The translations under genes were made by a program, and so were the position numbers. A DNA stretch of 52,540 bases, taken from contig PXUB01000002.1 of NCBI GenBank assembly GCA_003009755.1, forward strand, positions 10,943-63,482, in the 5' to 3' direction. This DNA comes from Thermoplasmatales archaeon SW_10_69_26. Lineage in GTDB: Archaea; Thermoplasmatota; SW-10-69-26. The notes under the pieces are model-generated. The model saw only the letters and a list, made by a program, of their open reading frames with translations, had not been told where the DNA came from and did not search any database. Shown piece by piece: positions 29,413 through 39,453 of this stretch. Positions within the stretch are counted from its first letter, which is position 1, and each line of letters starts with the position of its first letter.

Positions 29413-30780
29413 TCATCGGGGTTCCCAGCGGGTGGCGCCGCCGGCCTCGCCGGCGTGCACCCACGGGCCTTCGGGGAGATCGCCGGGCACGTTCGTCCAG
29501 CTGGTGGGGAACACGACCGCGTCCACGCCGTCGACCTCGTGCAAGCGCTCGTACGTCTCGGCCCGGTGCATCACGATGCGGTCGCCGTCCCGGGTCATCT
29601 CGACCGTCGAGGGTCCGGTGGCGGCGGTGGCGGCGATCCGCCAGCCGCGATCCTCGAGCACGCGGGCGAAGGATGGTGTGCTGCGCACGACGACGGTCTC
29701 GCCGGGCTCGATCAGGCCGACGGCGTCCTCGTGGTCGACGAGGCCGGGCGTGTTGGCGGCGTTCACCGTGTCCTGGCCGGTGACGATCGCGCCGAGGGAG
29801 AGCCCGGTGGCGACGAGGGCTGCCCCCGCGAGCACGGCCCAGCCCCGGCGGCCCCACCACCGCGGCGGATCGCGAGCTCTCAGCGTGGCCAGCGTGGGCA
29901 ACAGCGGTAACACGTACCGGTAGAAGGGGGCGGCGACGACGGCCGCCGCGGTCGCCAGCGTGATCCCGTGCTCGCGCTCGTCGGTCCCCCGCCGGGGATC
30001 GACCAGCAGGGGACCGGCGGTGGCGAGGATGACGAGCCCGACCCAGGCCGTCATGCGGACGATCGAGGCCACGTTGGGCGCCGGGTCGTCCAGCGTGGCG
30101 AGGTACTGGCCGCGCCCGTCGGCCGGCGTCGCGAGGTAGGCAACCATGACGACCCCCCAGGCGAGAGCGGCAGGGTAGGGCTGAACGAGCCGGCCCCAGG
30201 CCCGCCAGGCCTGCCAGCCCTCGCGAGCGATCGCGACGGCGCGAGGCGCGAGCACGCAGGCCAGCACGAGCAACGCGAGCTCGTGGGTGAACACGGCCAG
30301 GTTCCAGCCGGCGACCTCGATGTCGCGCCGGTCGGCGGCCCATCCCCAGGCGGCGAGGCTGAGGAAGGCGAACATCGGCGGGTACAGGGTCACGGTGACG
30401 AGCGGGATCGCGGCCGGGGCAGCGAGGACGACGGGCAACAGCCAGGCGGGCGAGCCCCCGGATCGGCGGATCGCGTCGCCGAGCACGAGCAAGCCCCCCA
30501 GCGTCCAGACCAGCGGCCAGGCGCGGGCCATCAGGCCCAGCCCGTTCCAGGCGCTGAGCAGCGCCAGGCCCAGGGGAGGGTGGCGAAGGAAGACCTCGCC
30601 CGGGTAGAAGGAGCTGTGGAAGGGATGCTCGGCGATGTCGATGTAGATGGCCTCGTCGTGCGTCAGGGTCTCGCCGACCGTCGACAACCAGATCGCGACG
30701 AAGACGAGGCAGACCAGCCCGACGAGCGCCCAGAAGCGCCGATCGCTCGGTAGGCGACGTTGGCGGTCGTTCCCGGTCAC
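29413..30780 (-). CDS. GT-C (PMT/ArnT-like) membrane glycosyltransferase
   Basis: TM1 followed by THDEAIY and HPPLG; many TM helices. Confidence 0.7.
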   Translation of the reverse strand: MTGNDRQRRLPSDRRFWALVGLVCLVFVAIWLSTVGETLTHDEAIYIDIAEHPFHSSFYPGEVFLRHPPLGLALLSAWNGLGLMARAWPLVWTLGGLLVLGDAIRRSGGSPAWLLPVVLAAPAAIPLVTVTLYPPMFAFLSLAAWGWAADRRDIEVAGWNLAVFTHELALLVLACVLAPRAVAIAREGWQAWRAWGRLVQPYPAALAWGVVMVAYLATPADGRGQYLATLDDPAPNVASIVRMTAWVGLVILATAGPLLVDPRRGTDEREHGITLATAAAVVAAPFYRYVLPLLPTLATLRARDPPRWWGRRGWAVLAGAALVATGLSLGAIVTGQDTVNAANTPGLVDHEDAVGLIEPGETVVVRSTPSFARVLEDRGWRIAATAATGPSTVEMTRDGDRIVMHRAETYERLHEVDGVDAVVFPTSWTNVPGDLPEGPWVHAGEAGGATRWEPR

Positions 30781-30950
30781 ACGTCCCCCTCGCTTCTCCG
30801 GCCGCGGAGAACAGCCCCGGGCAACCTTGTCAGGCTTTTTGCTTGTGGACCCGGACGAACACGTTCGGCTCCCCACGGGCTGAGGTGGCCGGCCGCTCAC
30901 CGGTGCGCATCGCTTATCTACCCGGCCGAGGCTTCCCCTCGCGAGTCCTC

Positions 30951-31649
30951 ATGAAGCTGAACTGGCACGGTCACGCGTTCTTCGAGCTCGAGCTGGCGAC
31001 CGGCGCCCGGTTCGCGGTCGACCCGTTCACGCAGTCGGCGGGGAACCCCCTCACGAGCACCGAAGCCGACGACGTAGACGTCGACACGACGCTCGTGACG
31101 CACGGGCACGGCGACCACTTCGGCGCGACCCTGGACGTCGGTGAGCCGGTGCTCGCCATCCACGAGGTCGCCAACTACATCCAGAACCAGGGCCTCGAGG
31201 ACGCGGCCGGCACCGGCGGCGGCATGAACCTCGGCGGCACGGTCGAGGTCGGCGGGGCCGACGTCACGATGGTGCCCGCGCTGCACTCCAGCGGTTGCCC
31301 GGGCGCCGAGGGACCGTTCATGGGCGAGGGTGGCGATCCGGCGGGGTTCGTCATCGACGACGGCGAGACGACGTTCTACCACATGGGCGACACCGCCCTG
31401 TTCGGCGATCTCAAGCACGTCGTCGGTGACCACTTCGACCCGGATCTCGTCGCCGTCCCGATCGGCGACGTGTTCACGATGGGCCCGGACGCGGCGGCGA
31501 CGGCGATCGACTGGATCGATCCCGACGCCTGCATCCCGATCCACTACGACACGTTCGGCCCGATCGAGCAGGATCCGGACGCCTTCGCTCGCGAGGTCGC
31601 CAGCGCCGACGTGCACGTCGTCAAGCCCGACTCGACACTGACCTACTGA
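30951..31649 (+). CDS. Metallo-beta-lactamase-fold hydrolase (UPF0173)
   Basis: WHGHA, THGHGDH, ALHSS, YHMGDT, PIHYDTF. Confidence 0.92.
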   Translation: MKLNWHGHAFFELELATGARFAVDPFTQSAGNPLTSTEADDVDVDTTLVTHGHGDHFGATLDVGEPVLAIHEVANYIQNQGLEDAAGTGGGMNLGGTVEVGGADVTMVPALHSSGCPGAEGPFMGEGGDPAGFVIDDGETTFYHMGDTALFGDLKHVVGDHFDPDLVAVPIGDVFTMGPDAAATAIDWIDPDACIPIHYDTFGPIEQDPDAFAREVASADVHVVKPDSTLTY

Positions 31650-31653
31650 CGGG

Positions 31654-32071
31654 GTGAGGACATCGATCGTCCAATCGGTAATGAGCGAGCCTGCGTTGAC
31701 GCTTCGCGCCGGCGAGAGCGCGCGCGATGCGGCCCGGCGCATGTGGGCCAACCGGGTCGGCTCGGCGCTCGTGCTCGACGACGGTGAGCTGGTGGGCATC
31801 GTCACCGAACGACCTCACGTGGGTTCTGGCCGAGGACCGGGACCCCAACGAGACCGGGCTATCGGAGGTCATGTCGAGCCCGGTCGCGACGATCGAGCCC
31901 TCCGCCAACGTCGAGATCGCAATCGAGACGATGATCGAGGAGGGGGTCCGGCGGCTCGCCGTCGCGTTGGACGGCGATCTGCGGGGGGTGGTCAGCGTGA
32001 CCGACGTCGCCTACGCCGAGCCCGAGCTGGCTCGCCGCGCTGGGGAACGCACCGCCCGCTGGGAGGACTGA
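31654..32071 (+). pseudogene. CBS-pair protein with a frameshift near 31810
   Basis: 'LVGIVTE(R)DL' is split between frames; second CBS 'LRGVVSVTDV'. Confidence 0.75.
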
Positions 32072-32121
32072 CCCCCCGGGACCCCCGAAAGACCCTTGGC
32101 CCGGGACACGGTGGCCGAGCC

Positions 32122-32913
32122 GTGGCCGACGAGCAAGGGTGGGTCCCCGATGCCATCACCGACGCCTTCTCCCTCGCGGCAGAGCGGACCCTTCTGAACC
32201 GCGTCCGGGAGGGCGAGGTCCCCCACCACATCGCCATCATCATGGATGGCAACCGTCGGTTCGCCCGCGAGGTCGGCATGTCCCCTGTCGAGGGGCACGA
32301 GGCCGGCCGCGACACGTTGGAGGACGTCGTCGACTGGTGCCTCGACATCGGCGTCGAGGTGCTGACCGTGTACGCCTTCTCGACCGAGAACTTCGACCGC
32401 GAACCGGGCGAGGTCCAGGCGTTGATGGACCTCTTCGAGGAGAACTTCTACGAGATGGCCGAGGACGAGCGCGTGCACGAGCACGGGATCCGGGTGCGCG
32501 CGATCGGCCGCACCGACGTCTTGCCGGCGGACGTGCGCGAGGCGATCGACGACGCCGAGTCCAAGACCGAGGACTACGACAGCTACCACTACAACATCGC
32601 GATCGCCTACGGGGGTCGCGAGGAGCTGGTGTCGGCGATCCGCGACATCGCTGAAGACGTGGACGACGGCGAGCTCGATCCCAGCGACATCACCGAGAAG
32701 CACGTCGACGAGAACCTCTACACGGCGCCCCTCCCCGACCCGGATCTGATCTTGCGGACCAGCGGGGAGGAGCGCATGAGCAACTTCCTCTTGTGGCAGC
32801 TGGCGTACAGCGAGCTGTACTTCGCGGACGTCAACTGGCCGGATCTGCGCAAGGTCGACTTCCTGCGCGCCATCCGCGACTACCAGCGCCGCCAGCGCCG
32901 CTTCGGGCGATAG
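32122..32913 (+). CDS. uppS: cis-polyprenyl diphosphate synthase
   Basis: HIAIIMDGNRR, YAFSTENF, RTSGEERMSNFLLWQ, RRFG. Confidence 0.96.
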   Translation: MADEQGWVPDAITDAFSLAAERTLLNRVREGEVPHHIAIIMDGNRRFAREVGMSPVEGHEAGRDTLEDVVDWCLDIGVEVLTVYAFSTENFDREPGEVQALMDLFEENFYEMAEDERVHEHGIRVRAIGRTDVLPADVREAIDDAESKTEDYDSYHYNIAIAYGGREELVSAIRDIAEDVDDGELDPSDITEKHVDENLYTAPLPDPDLILRTSGEERMSNFLLWQLAYSELYFADVNWPDLRKVDFLRAIRDYQRRQRRFGR

Positions 32914-33104
32914 CGCCCGAGGGCGTGCCTGAGATCGCCCAGACGGGCGAGATCTCAGCGGCCGACAACGGCCGAGCACCGGTCTCCAACGCAGACCGGT
33001 CTCGGCTGCGGATCGTCGATTCGTACAGCAAGATGGGCCCTCCTCTTGCCTGCGCGCTTTCCCCTCTCGAGGGCAACGAGAGGTTCCAGATCACGTCCGG
33101 CGGT

Positions 33105-33337
33105 GTAGGTCAGGGACGCGGGGGCCTGTGTAGCGAACGGATCGAAGATCCGTCCTCTGCGGAGACGCCGGGCGGTTGGCGTCGACGCCTCCGCACGCTG
33201 CCGAGTTCCTTCCGAAGCCCAGCACAGGAGGACGGCCTGCGCAGCGGCCCACGCCCCTCTTCGGCCAGATCGTTGCCAGGGATCTTCCGTTGTCCCCTCG
33301 GCAGGCGCCGAGGCCCCGTCGAGAGAGGCTGGCTCTA
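33105..33337 (-). repeat. Structured dispersed repeat, copy A
   Basis: Homologous to 48359-48532; stems GGGGCCT/AGGCCCC and CTGCCGAG/CTCGGCAG. Confidence 0.75.
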
Positions 33338-33724
33338 TGGCTCGATCGGGACGACGGCCTCGAGGGCGGCCCGGCAGGCGAGCACGCCGTCGTCGAGCCA
33401 GTAGGCGTCGGGGTCGGCCAGGTGGCAGTCGACCTCGACGACGGAAGCCGGCCGCAGCTGGCGGTCGCTGGGCAACAGGATGCCGCCGAGCACCTCGACG
33501 GCTTCCTGGCGGAGGCGCGAGGGCGCGACCAGCAGGTGGGGCTCGCCTTCGTGTTCGACACGGTCGACGACGATCCCGCGGAAGGAGATCTCGAGCGGGA
33601 ACGGGAACGAGCACGCCGAGCGGTCGAGGATCGTCTGGCGCAGACGAGCGCCCTCCAGGCCGGGTCCGGAGGCGGTCGTCTGGGACACCTGCTCGTTGAC
33701 GAAGCCGAGCCAGGGATCGATCAC
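33335..33724 (-). CDS. Hypothetical protein
   Basis: Host-like composition; TATA-like TTTAAG about 27 bp upstream of the GTG. Confidence 0.55.
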   Translation of the reverse strand: MIDPWLGFVNEQVSQTTASGPGLEGARLRQTILDRSACSFPFPLEISFRGIVVDRVEHEGEPHLLVAPSRLRQEAVEVLGGILLPSDRQLRPASVVEVDCHLADPDAYWLDDGVLACRAALEAVVPIEP

Positions 33725-33782
33725 GTCGGCGGGTTCGGCGCCGACCGGGCTTAAACTCTCCCCCAGCGCACCTGGTACGGCG

Positions 33783-35057
33783 CTACCGACCGGTCCGCCA
33801 GGTCCACCACGTGTTCCCCATGAAGTTCCACGCGGTCGCGCCTGCGATGCCGATGGCTTGGCCGACGAGCGGGAGGAGCCCGGCGACGGCGACGAGCACC
33901 CACAGCAAGCCGAAATTGACCGCCATCCCGCCGGATCGGACGACGTGGTCGCGCCCGAGAGCACCGGCCAGGCCCTCGAGACCGTCGGGGGCCCGATCCT
34001 CGAAGGTCCACAAGCGGTTCAGCGTGAAGTTGGAGACCAGGCCGGCCTCGATGGCGATCGGGCTGGCCAGCAGGTAGGGCGAGCCCAGCTGCATCAGCGA
34101 GTACATGGTGGCGAGGTTGACGAGCGCGCCGAGGCCGCCGACGACGACGAACTGGAGGACGCGCATCGACTCGCCCGAGCGGTGGATCAGGCGGACGAGG
34201 TGGCGCAAGTAGGCGAGGACGTTGCCGGCGTCGAGCTTGGACTCGCCGGCGTGGCGTTCGCCGAAGGTGTAGCCGACCTCGACGACCTCGTCGGCGTCAC
34301 CGTGGACGAGCACCTCGAGCAGGATCTTGTACCCGATCGGGTCGAGGTCGGCCTCGTCGACGACGGATCGGTGGAGGGCGAAGAAGCCGGACTGGAGGTC
34401 GCTGACGCCGCGAACGTCCGGAAGCAGGGTGCGAGCCAGGGCATCGGCGACCCAGGAGACCAGCCGCCGGAACGGCCCGAACGCGCCCATCGAGCCGTGC
34501 TCGGCGTGCCGGCTGCCGACCGCCATGTCGGGCCCGCCCTCGAGGGCCTCGATCAGGTCCGGCAGGCGCTCGGGCGGGTGTTGGAGATCGGCGTCCATGA
34601 CGACGATGTGCTCGGCCCGAGCCGCGCTGAAACCGCGGATGACCGCGGTCGAGAGGCCGCTTTCCTCCGTCCGGCGGATGACGCGCACGGGGTAGTCCTC
34701 GGCCAGGCGTTCCCCGACGCGCCAGGTCTCGTCGGGACTGTCGTCGTCGACGATGAGGACCTCGTAGCTGCTCGTCGCGCTCAGGGCTCGATCGATGCGT
34801 TCGAGCAGCGTGGCCAGGTTGTCGGCTTCGTTGTAGGTGGGGACGACGACGGTCACGGCCGGTCGGGCCTCTGGGTCGGACGCGGGTTGCGACCGGCAGC
34901 CGGCCGCTTGCCCGGCCTCGGGTCCGGAACCGTCGCTGTCCACGGCCCCGGACACGGCGGTCCCACGTAAGGTATGCCTGGGAACGTCCCCGCCCTCGGG
35001 CCCCTGGGGGTCGGGGTCGGCGGTCGAGGCTCGGGCGTCGTCACTGGGATCGGACAT
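33783..35057 (-). CDS. GT2 polyprenol-phosphate glycosyltransferase (DPM1-like) fused to a GtrA domain
   Basis: VVPTYNE, VDDDSPD, MDADLQHPP, SGFF, GESKL; 4-TM GtrA tail. Confidence 0.92.
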   Translation of the reverse strand: MSDPSDDARASTADPDPQGPEGGDVPRHTLRGTAVSGAVDSDGSGPEAGQAAGCRSQPASDPEARPAVTVVVPTYNEADNLATLLERIDRALSATSSYEVLIVDDDSPDETWRVGERLAEDYPVRVIRRTEESGLSTAVIRGFSAARAEHIVVMDADLQHPPERLPDLIEALEGGPDMAVGSRHAEHGSMGAFGPFRRLVSWVADALARTLLPDVRGVSDLQSGFFALHRSVVDEADLDPIGYKILLEVLVHGDADEVVEVGYTFGERHAGESKLDAGNVLAYLRHLVRLIHRSGESMRVLQFVVVGGLGALVNLATMYSLMQLGSPYLLASPIAIEAGLVSNFTLNRLWTFEDRAPDGLEGLAGALGRDHVVRSGGMAVNFGLLWVLVAVAGLLPLVGQAIGIAGATAWNFMGNTWWTWRTGR

Positions 35058-36750
35058 CGTACACCTGCGTGAGCGGGGCCCCGCGCACCGTGACCGCGTG
35101 CGCGGGGTCCTCTTCCTCGTACAGCTGCCAGTCGGCGGGCGTGAACATGCCGGGGCGGCTCATCAACACGACGACGTCGGCCTGGGTCCGGTCGTCGACG
35201 AACGTGACGTTGTCCTCGAGCAACGGTTCCTGCCCGGCCACCCAGTTCGGCATCCCGTACTGGGCTTTCAGATCGCTGGTCACGTACCCGATATCCCCCA
35301 GCTCGTAGTACCGGAACGGGAGCTGGCCGGCGGGCATGTAGACGCTCAGCGGGTCCGAGGCGTTGGCTTGCTCGTTGAGCCAGGGCACCAGATCGCGGTT
35401 GGACTGGCCCCACACCTCGATCTCCATGCCGGCCGCCAGAGCTCCCGAGGGACCCCCCATCGCGGCGTTGTAGTAGCTGTCCTCGTAGGGGTCCATCGTG
35501 GCGTAAGCGTGGGCGCCGGGTGCGGCGACCAGCACGAGGCCAGCCCCGGCCAGCGCCGGGACGGAGACGCGGGTCTCGCGCAGGCGGCGATGGGCGCCAT
35601 CGAGGAGGGTGGCGAACCCGATGCCGGCCAAGCCCGCGAGGAACGGGAACGTGGGCAGGAACAGGCGGACGCCGTCGTACTTGGGGGTCCCCAGCATCAG
35701 CACGGCGACGGGGACGGCGGCGTTGGCCGTCAACAGGATCGCCATGCTGCGCCGGCGCGGGTCGGCTTCCCGCCAGGTTCGGGTGAGGCCGACGCCGGTG
35801 AGGCCCAACACGGTGAGGGGCACGGTCGCGGCGGTCATGACGAGCGGGTAGTGCCAGGGCGCGGTGCGGTAGGTCGTGCCCAGGTAGTGGGTGAGAATGT
35901 GGGTGTGCGTGAGGTGCTTGTCGACGTACCCGGCCAGGTGGGCGATCGTGTCGGTCCAAAGCCAGGGCCAGGTTGCGAAGAAGACCAGCGGAGCCAGCAG
36001 CGCGCCGGCGATCAGCATCCGGCCGGGCGGGGAGACCAGCGCCTGTCGCCATCGGCCCCCGGTGAGCTCGCGCCAGCGGTCGAGCAACAGCTCGTGGTGG
36101 GCCAACAGCGCCCACAGGCCGAGGCCGAACGGGATGAAGAAGGCGTTGAGCTTCGTGGCCAAGGCCAAGCCGAACACGACGCCGGCGGCGATCGCCCACC
36201 GGCGGTCCCGCAGCCCCTTCCAGCACGCGGCGACCGTCAACAGCCACATCGCCGCCATCGGTCCATCGAGAGCTGCATAGCGGGAGTGGGCGAACCACCG
36301 TGGCATCCCGATCAACGCCAACCCAGCGGCGGCGCCCGCCGCCGGACCGTGGGTGTGCGCCAGCCAGCGGCTCAACACGACCACGCTCGCGGCCGAGAGG
36401 ATCAGCGGGCCGACGCGGTGGGCGAACACGCTGAGCTCGAAGGGCATGTCGCCGCCGCGGAGGACCAGCGTCAGGCCCCACGGGATGGATGCCAGCACTT
36501 TCGCCAGCGGAGGGTGCTCGCGGTTGTAGCTCCAGATGTACAAGAGATCGGGGTCGAAGGGCGCCAGGCTCGTGACCGCCTCGAAGGCGTAGTAGCCGTA
36601 CACCTTCGCGGCCTTCATGTAGTAGACCTCGTCCGTCACGATGCCTGCCCGTCGGGCGCTCGGGATCGCCAGGACGAGGTACAGGACCGCCAGCCCCAAC
36701 GCGAGCCAGGTCTGCGGCTCGCGCATCCAGGCGATGGGGCGCTTGGCCAT
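35041..36750 (-). CDS. GT-C (GT39/PMT-like) membrane glycosyltransferase
   Basis: TDEVYY, EHPPLAK, LALATK, KYDGVRLFLP; about 11 TM helices; overlaps the GT2 start. Confidence 0.85.
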   Translation of the reverse strand: MAKRPIAWMREPQTWLALGLAVLYLVLAIPSARRAGIVTDEVYYMKAAKVYGYYAFEAVTSLAPFDPDLLYIWSYNREHPPLAKVLASIPWGLTLVLRGGDMPFELSVFAHRVGPLILSAASVVVLSRWLAHTHGPAAGAAAGLALIGMPRWFAHSRYAALDGPMAAMWLLTVAACWKGLRDRRWAIAAGVVFGLALATKLNAFFIPFGLGLWALLAHHELLLDRWRELTGGRWRQALVSPPGRMLIAGALLAPLVFFATWPWLWTDTIAHLAGYVDKHLTHTHILTHYLGTTYRTAPWHYPLVMTAATVPLTVLGLTGVGLTRTWREADPRRRSMAILLTANAAVPVAVLMLGTPKYDGVRLFLPTFPFLAGLAGIGFATLLDGAHRRLRETRVSVPALAGAGLVLVAAPGAHAYATMDPYEDSYYNAAMGGPSGALAAGMEIEVWGQSNRDLVPWLNEQANASDPLSVYMPAGQLPFRYYELGDIGYVTSDLKAQYGMPNWVAGQEPLLEDNVTFVDDRTQADVVVLMSRPGMFTPADWQLYEEEDPAHAVTVRGAPLTQVYDVRSQ

Positions 36751-36878
36751 GGCCGACAGCGGCCAGACCGGCCGTCCCCGGGTCTAAGGCTTTCGGTTCC
36801 GGGCCTGCCGTCCCGTCGCTGCCGACGGTGCGGCCCCCTGGGGCAAGGTATTTCCCGGACCCCAATCCTGGTTTACCC

Positions 36879-37157
36879 ATGCCTTACGAGGTCTTCGAGA
36901 CGACGCCCGAGGGTGCCGATGCGCTGGCGGACGACGACGAGGTCAGCCGCCAGACGATCGTGACCCGCAACGGGGATGCCTGGGACGTCGACGGCAAGGT
37001 CGTGCTCGTCGAGGGCTCCGAGGACGCCCTCGATCGGGCGCGCTCGATCGTCGAGGACCACGACGGATCGGTGTCCAGCAAGGCCGACGAGATCAAGGCC
37101 GACATCGACGCCGAGCAGGACAGCGCCGCCGAAGGGATCGGCAACATCTTCGGATAG
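36879..37157 (+). CDS. Small acidic hypothetical protein, probably conserved in archaea
   Basis: 'DDEVSRQTI', 'VEGSEDA', C-terminal 'AAEGIGNIFG'. Confidence 0.75.
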   Translation: MPYEVFETTPEGADALADDDEVSRQTIVTRNGDAWDVDGKVVLVEGSEDALDRARSIVEDHDGSVSSKADEIKADIDAEQDSAAEGIGNIFG

Positions 37158-37924
37158 CTCGGTCGGCTCCCGACGGCCTCCCGTCGGCAGTCTGTCCTGA
37201 GCGGATCGCGCTGACAGCGTCGACCTGCATCGGGGTACCGCGAGGGCGCGGTTCTAAACGTCTCTCAGTTGGGAGAGGAACTAGCGACAACAAGGCCCTC
37301 CACCACGGACTTTTGTCGCTCGAAGCAATCGTGGCGGCTGAAGCGATGAAGGGGTCGGGGATAGCCGCTAGAGGCCTTGAAGATCAAATGGACTCCGTCT
37401 GGCTGAGACAGCTACAGAACCTCGCCGCGAGGGTATCCCTGCTTCGGTCTCCCTGTCAACGACCGCTCAGGCTGTGCGGTGGCTGCGGCCAGCCCTGCCT
37501 CGGTGCGGCCGTCGGTCGCCTCCCTCGCTATCCCTCCGCAGTCACGCAGCCGCGAGGTCACGAACCCACCGACGGGCAACGACGCGGCCGCGGTGGGCTC
37601 ACCCATTTGCTCTCTACAGCGACGGTGTTCTCGGCGGGCTTCGGAGGCTCTCCCGGGGGCCGGGGACCGACCGTTGCAAGCGGAGATCTCGTCCTGTCGG
37701 GCAACGCCGTAGTCCCGGTGCCTCCTCCGCCCCCCCCCCTCTCTCTCGTTCCGTCTCCCGCTTCGCTGACAACTTGCTTTCCAGCCCCATCGCCTCCTCT
37801 TCTCATCCTCCATCCTCCCCGGGATCTTCTCTGCTGCCCTCTGTTTCTCTGCTCCTCTGCGTGCCCCTCGCCAACTGTCGCCTTCCGCCATCTATTTCTC
37901 CTAGCGAGGACGTATCATGGATCG

Positions 37925-38463
37925 ATGGAGACGACCGTGGGTGGGGTCGAGGTCGAGCTGACGCGGGGGGATATCGCCAGCCAGGGCGATCTCGAGGCCG
38001 TGGTGAACGCGGCGAACGCTCGCCTGCGGCCCGGCGGTGGCGTGGCGGGCGCCATCCATCGCGCCGCCGGTCGGGGGTTGGCCAAGGGATGCCGGCCGCA
38101 GGCGCCGATCGAGGCGGGAGAGGCCGTGATCACGGGCGGCCACGATCTGCCCAACGCGCACGCGATCCACGGCCTGGGGCCGGTCTACGGCGAGGACGAG
38201 CCGGCCGACGAGCTGCTGGCTGCTACGCAGGGAACGCGATGGCGATCGCCGAGCGGGAGGCGATCGCGTCGGTCGGATTCCCGGCGATCTCGACGGGAGC
38301 CTTCGACTACCCGGAGGAGGATGCTACCGAGATCGCGGGGGAGACGTTCCGGGAACAGCTGGGGGCCCTCGACGAGGGCGAGCAGGTCCGGATCGTGCTC
38401 TGGGGAGAGGGATCGTTCGAGGGGCCCCGACGGGCTGGTGAGGACGAACTCGACGCCGGATGA
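37925..38463 (+). pseudogene. Macro domain protein (ADP-ribose hydrolase) with a frameshift near 38220
   Basis: GDI, VNAAN..L.PGGGVAGAIH, GPVY; second frame SVGFPAISTGAFDYP. Confidence 0.82.
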
Positions 38464-38472
38464 GCTCGCCGG

Positions 38473-39453
38473 TCAGCGGTCGCGTTCTCGCAGCCAGGCC
38501 AGCGTCTCCAACAGGTCCTCGCGGGCCGGGGACTCCGGCAGCGTGGTCAACGCTTGCTGGGACTGGTCGAAGAAGCCGGCCGCCCGCTGGCGGCTGGCCT
38601 CGAGCGCGCCGGTGTCCTCGGCGACGTGCAGCACCCATTCGACGTCCTCGCGCGAGGCTTCCCCCGTGAGGATCGCGTCGAAGCGAGCCCGGGGCTCGCC
38701 CTCGAGGCGTTGCCGGGTCGCCAACAACGGGTGCGTCTTCTTGCCAGCGACGACGTCGCTGCCCTGCGGCTTGCCGAGGTCCTCGGGGTCCCCGACGAGG
38801 TCCAGCAGGTCGTCTTGGATCTGGAACCCCATGCCCAGGGTCCACCCGAAACGCGAGAGCGTGTCGACCACGTGCTCGTCGCTAGCCCCCAGCAGGGCGG
38901 CGTTGCGGGTCGCGCAGGCGAACAGGACGGCGGTCTTCTTCTCGATCATCGACTCGTAGCGGTCGACGTCGGGCCGGTCCTCCTCGAAACTCATGTCCAG
39001 GCGCTGGCCCTCGCACAGCGTGCGGGCCGTGCGAGCGACATCGCCGACGACCTCGACCCCGGGTGGGGTCTCGGGGAGGTCGCCCAGCGCCTCGAAGGCG
39101 AGCGCGAACAGGGCGTCGCCGGCGAGGATCGAGGTGGACTCGCCGTGGTCGGCGTGCACGCTGGGCACGCCACGCCGCATCTCGTCGCCGTCCATGAGGT
39201 CGTCGTGCACGAGCGAGAAGGTGTGCACGAGCTCGACGCTGGCAGCCAGGGGATCGGCCATCGTCGGCTCGCCGCCGGCGGCCTCGCAGCTCATCGCGGC
39301 CAACGCGGGCCGCAGGAGCTTGCCGCCGGCCTCTGGGTATTGGAGCGCGGCCTCGCGGAGCGTGGGCTCTTCGATGCGTCGCACGAGCTGTTGCACGTGC
39401 TTGGCCAGGCGGGTGCCCTCGCGGCGGACGCGCTCGGGGAGCGTGGGCCTCAC
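38473..39453 (-). CDS. idsA: Geranylgeranyl diphosphate synthase
   Basis: GGKLLRP, HDDLMDGDEMRRG, GQRLD, KTA, QIQDDLLD; GTGA overlap with rnj. Confidence 0.93.
   Translation of the reverse strand: MRPTLPERVRREGTRLAKHVQQLVRRIEEPTLREAALQYPEAGGKLLRPALAAMSCEAAGGEPTMADPLAASVELVHTFSLVHDDLMDGDEMRRGVPSVHADHGESTSILAGDALFALAFEALGDLPETPPGVEVVGDVARTARTLCEGQRLDMSFEEDRPDVDRYESMIEKKTAVLFACATRNAALLGASDEHVVDTLSRFGWTLGMGFQIQDDLLDLVGDPEDLGKPQGSDVVAGKKTHPLLATRQRLEGEPRARFDAILTGEASREDVEWVLHVAEDTGALEASRQRAAGFFDQSQQALTTLPESPAREDLLETLAWLRERDR

Noticed and set aside
31654-32913. CBS-UppS fusion
   Set aside because: An artefact of the CBS frameshift near 31810; the CBS gene ends at 32071 and uppS starts near 32122.
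37730-37740. Poly-C tracts (also 51138-51147) as phase-variation switches
   Set aside because: Both are intergenic, with no evidence of length variation or promoter function from one sequence.
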